In this document: one piece after another, positions 63,595 through 64,000 of the stretch
Numbering within the stretch: position 1 is the stretch's first letter
Layout: each line of letters begins with the position of its first letter
Source of the DNA: Octopus vulgaris
Taxonomy: Eukaryota
Assembly (NCBI GenBank): GCA_951406725.2
Contig: OX597824.1
Coordinates: 75,144,001 to 75,208,000, forward strand
DNA length: 64,000 bases
Direction of reading: 5' to 3'
The notes under the pieces: generated by a model
Databases searched by the model: none
Seen by the model: only the letters and a program-made list of their open reading frames with translations
Told to the model about the DNA's origin: nothing
Program-made: the position numbers and the translations under genes

Positions 63595-64000
63595 GAATCT
63601 CTCTCTCTCTCTCTGTCTAATACTAAATGTCGTTATTGATGTTGTTCCCTGTTGTTGAAGTGGGAGGGTTGGTTTTGAAACCAGAACACTTAGTGCTTCC
63701 CTCCAGAAACCACAATGAACAAGTTTAACCAAAAATCATTTTTTTTCAAAAAAGCCCCAGGAGGGCTATGGTAATGCTTCTACTCACACATCCAGATTGC
63801 CATTCATCACTGAGGTCAGATGTCTAATGTTGTTGATTATGATGATGATGATAATGATGATGATGATGATGAGGAGGTGGAGGAGGGTGGATTAGCAGAA
63901 TCGCTAAGGTTTTGGACAAAACGTCTAGTGATACTCTTTTATTCTTTTGCTTGTTTCAGTCGTTTGACTGCGGCCATGCTGGGGCACCGCCTTTAGTCCA

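Overview
AT-rich eukaryotic DNA, almost entirely interspersed repeats and microsatellites. The SINE repertoire and (TA)n/(CA)n/(TAA)n/(CAT)n density suggest an octopus or other cephalopod intron or intergenic region (inference from recalled repeat families; no search run). There is no intact protein-coding gene, and nearly all ORFs in the track are microsatellite or repeat artefacts. Recognisable contents: three tRNA-headed SINE families plus RTE 3'-tail elements; decayed RTE, R4/Dong-like, CR1-like and Penelope-like retroelements; an internally deleted Gypsy element with both LTRs, PBS and PPT, plus a related solo LTR; mariner, piggyBac and hAT relics and MITEs; non-autonomous Helitrons; minisatellites; a tRNA-like sequence in a 313-bp tandem unit; and one candidate host exon (minus strand, from 44273). 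The strongest hidden signal is a set of hammerhead-ribozyme-like folds in small non-coding repeats. One has a complete core and an unusually long, branched stem II (38798-38878); degenerate ones lie at about 5413, 34941, 46624 and 47965. Also notable is an RTE insertion that appears to have copied an inverted 90-bp piece of its own target site. Boundaries were read by eye and may be off by a few bases.
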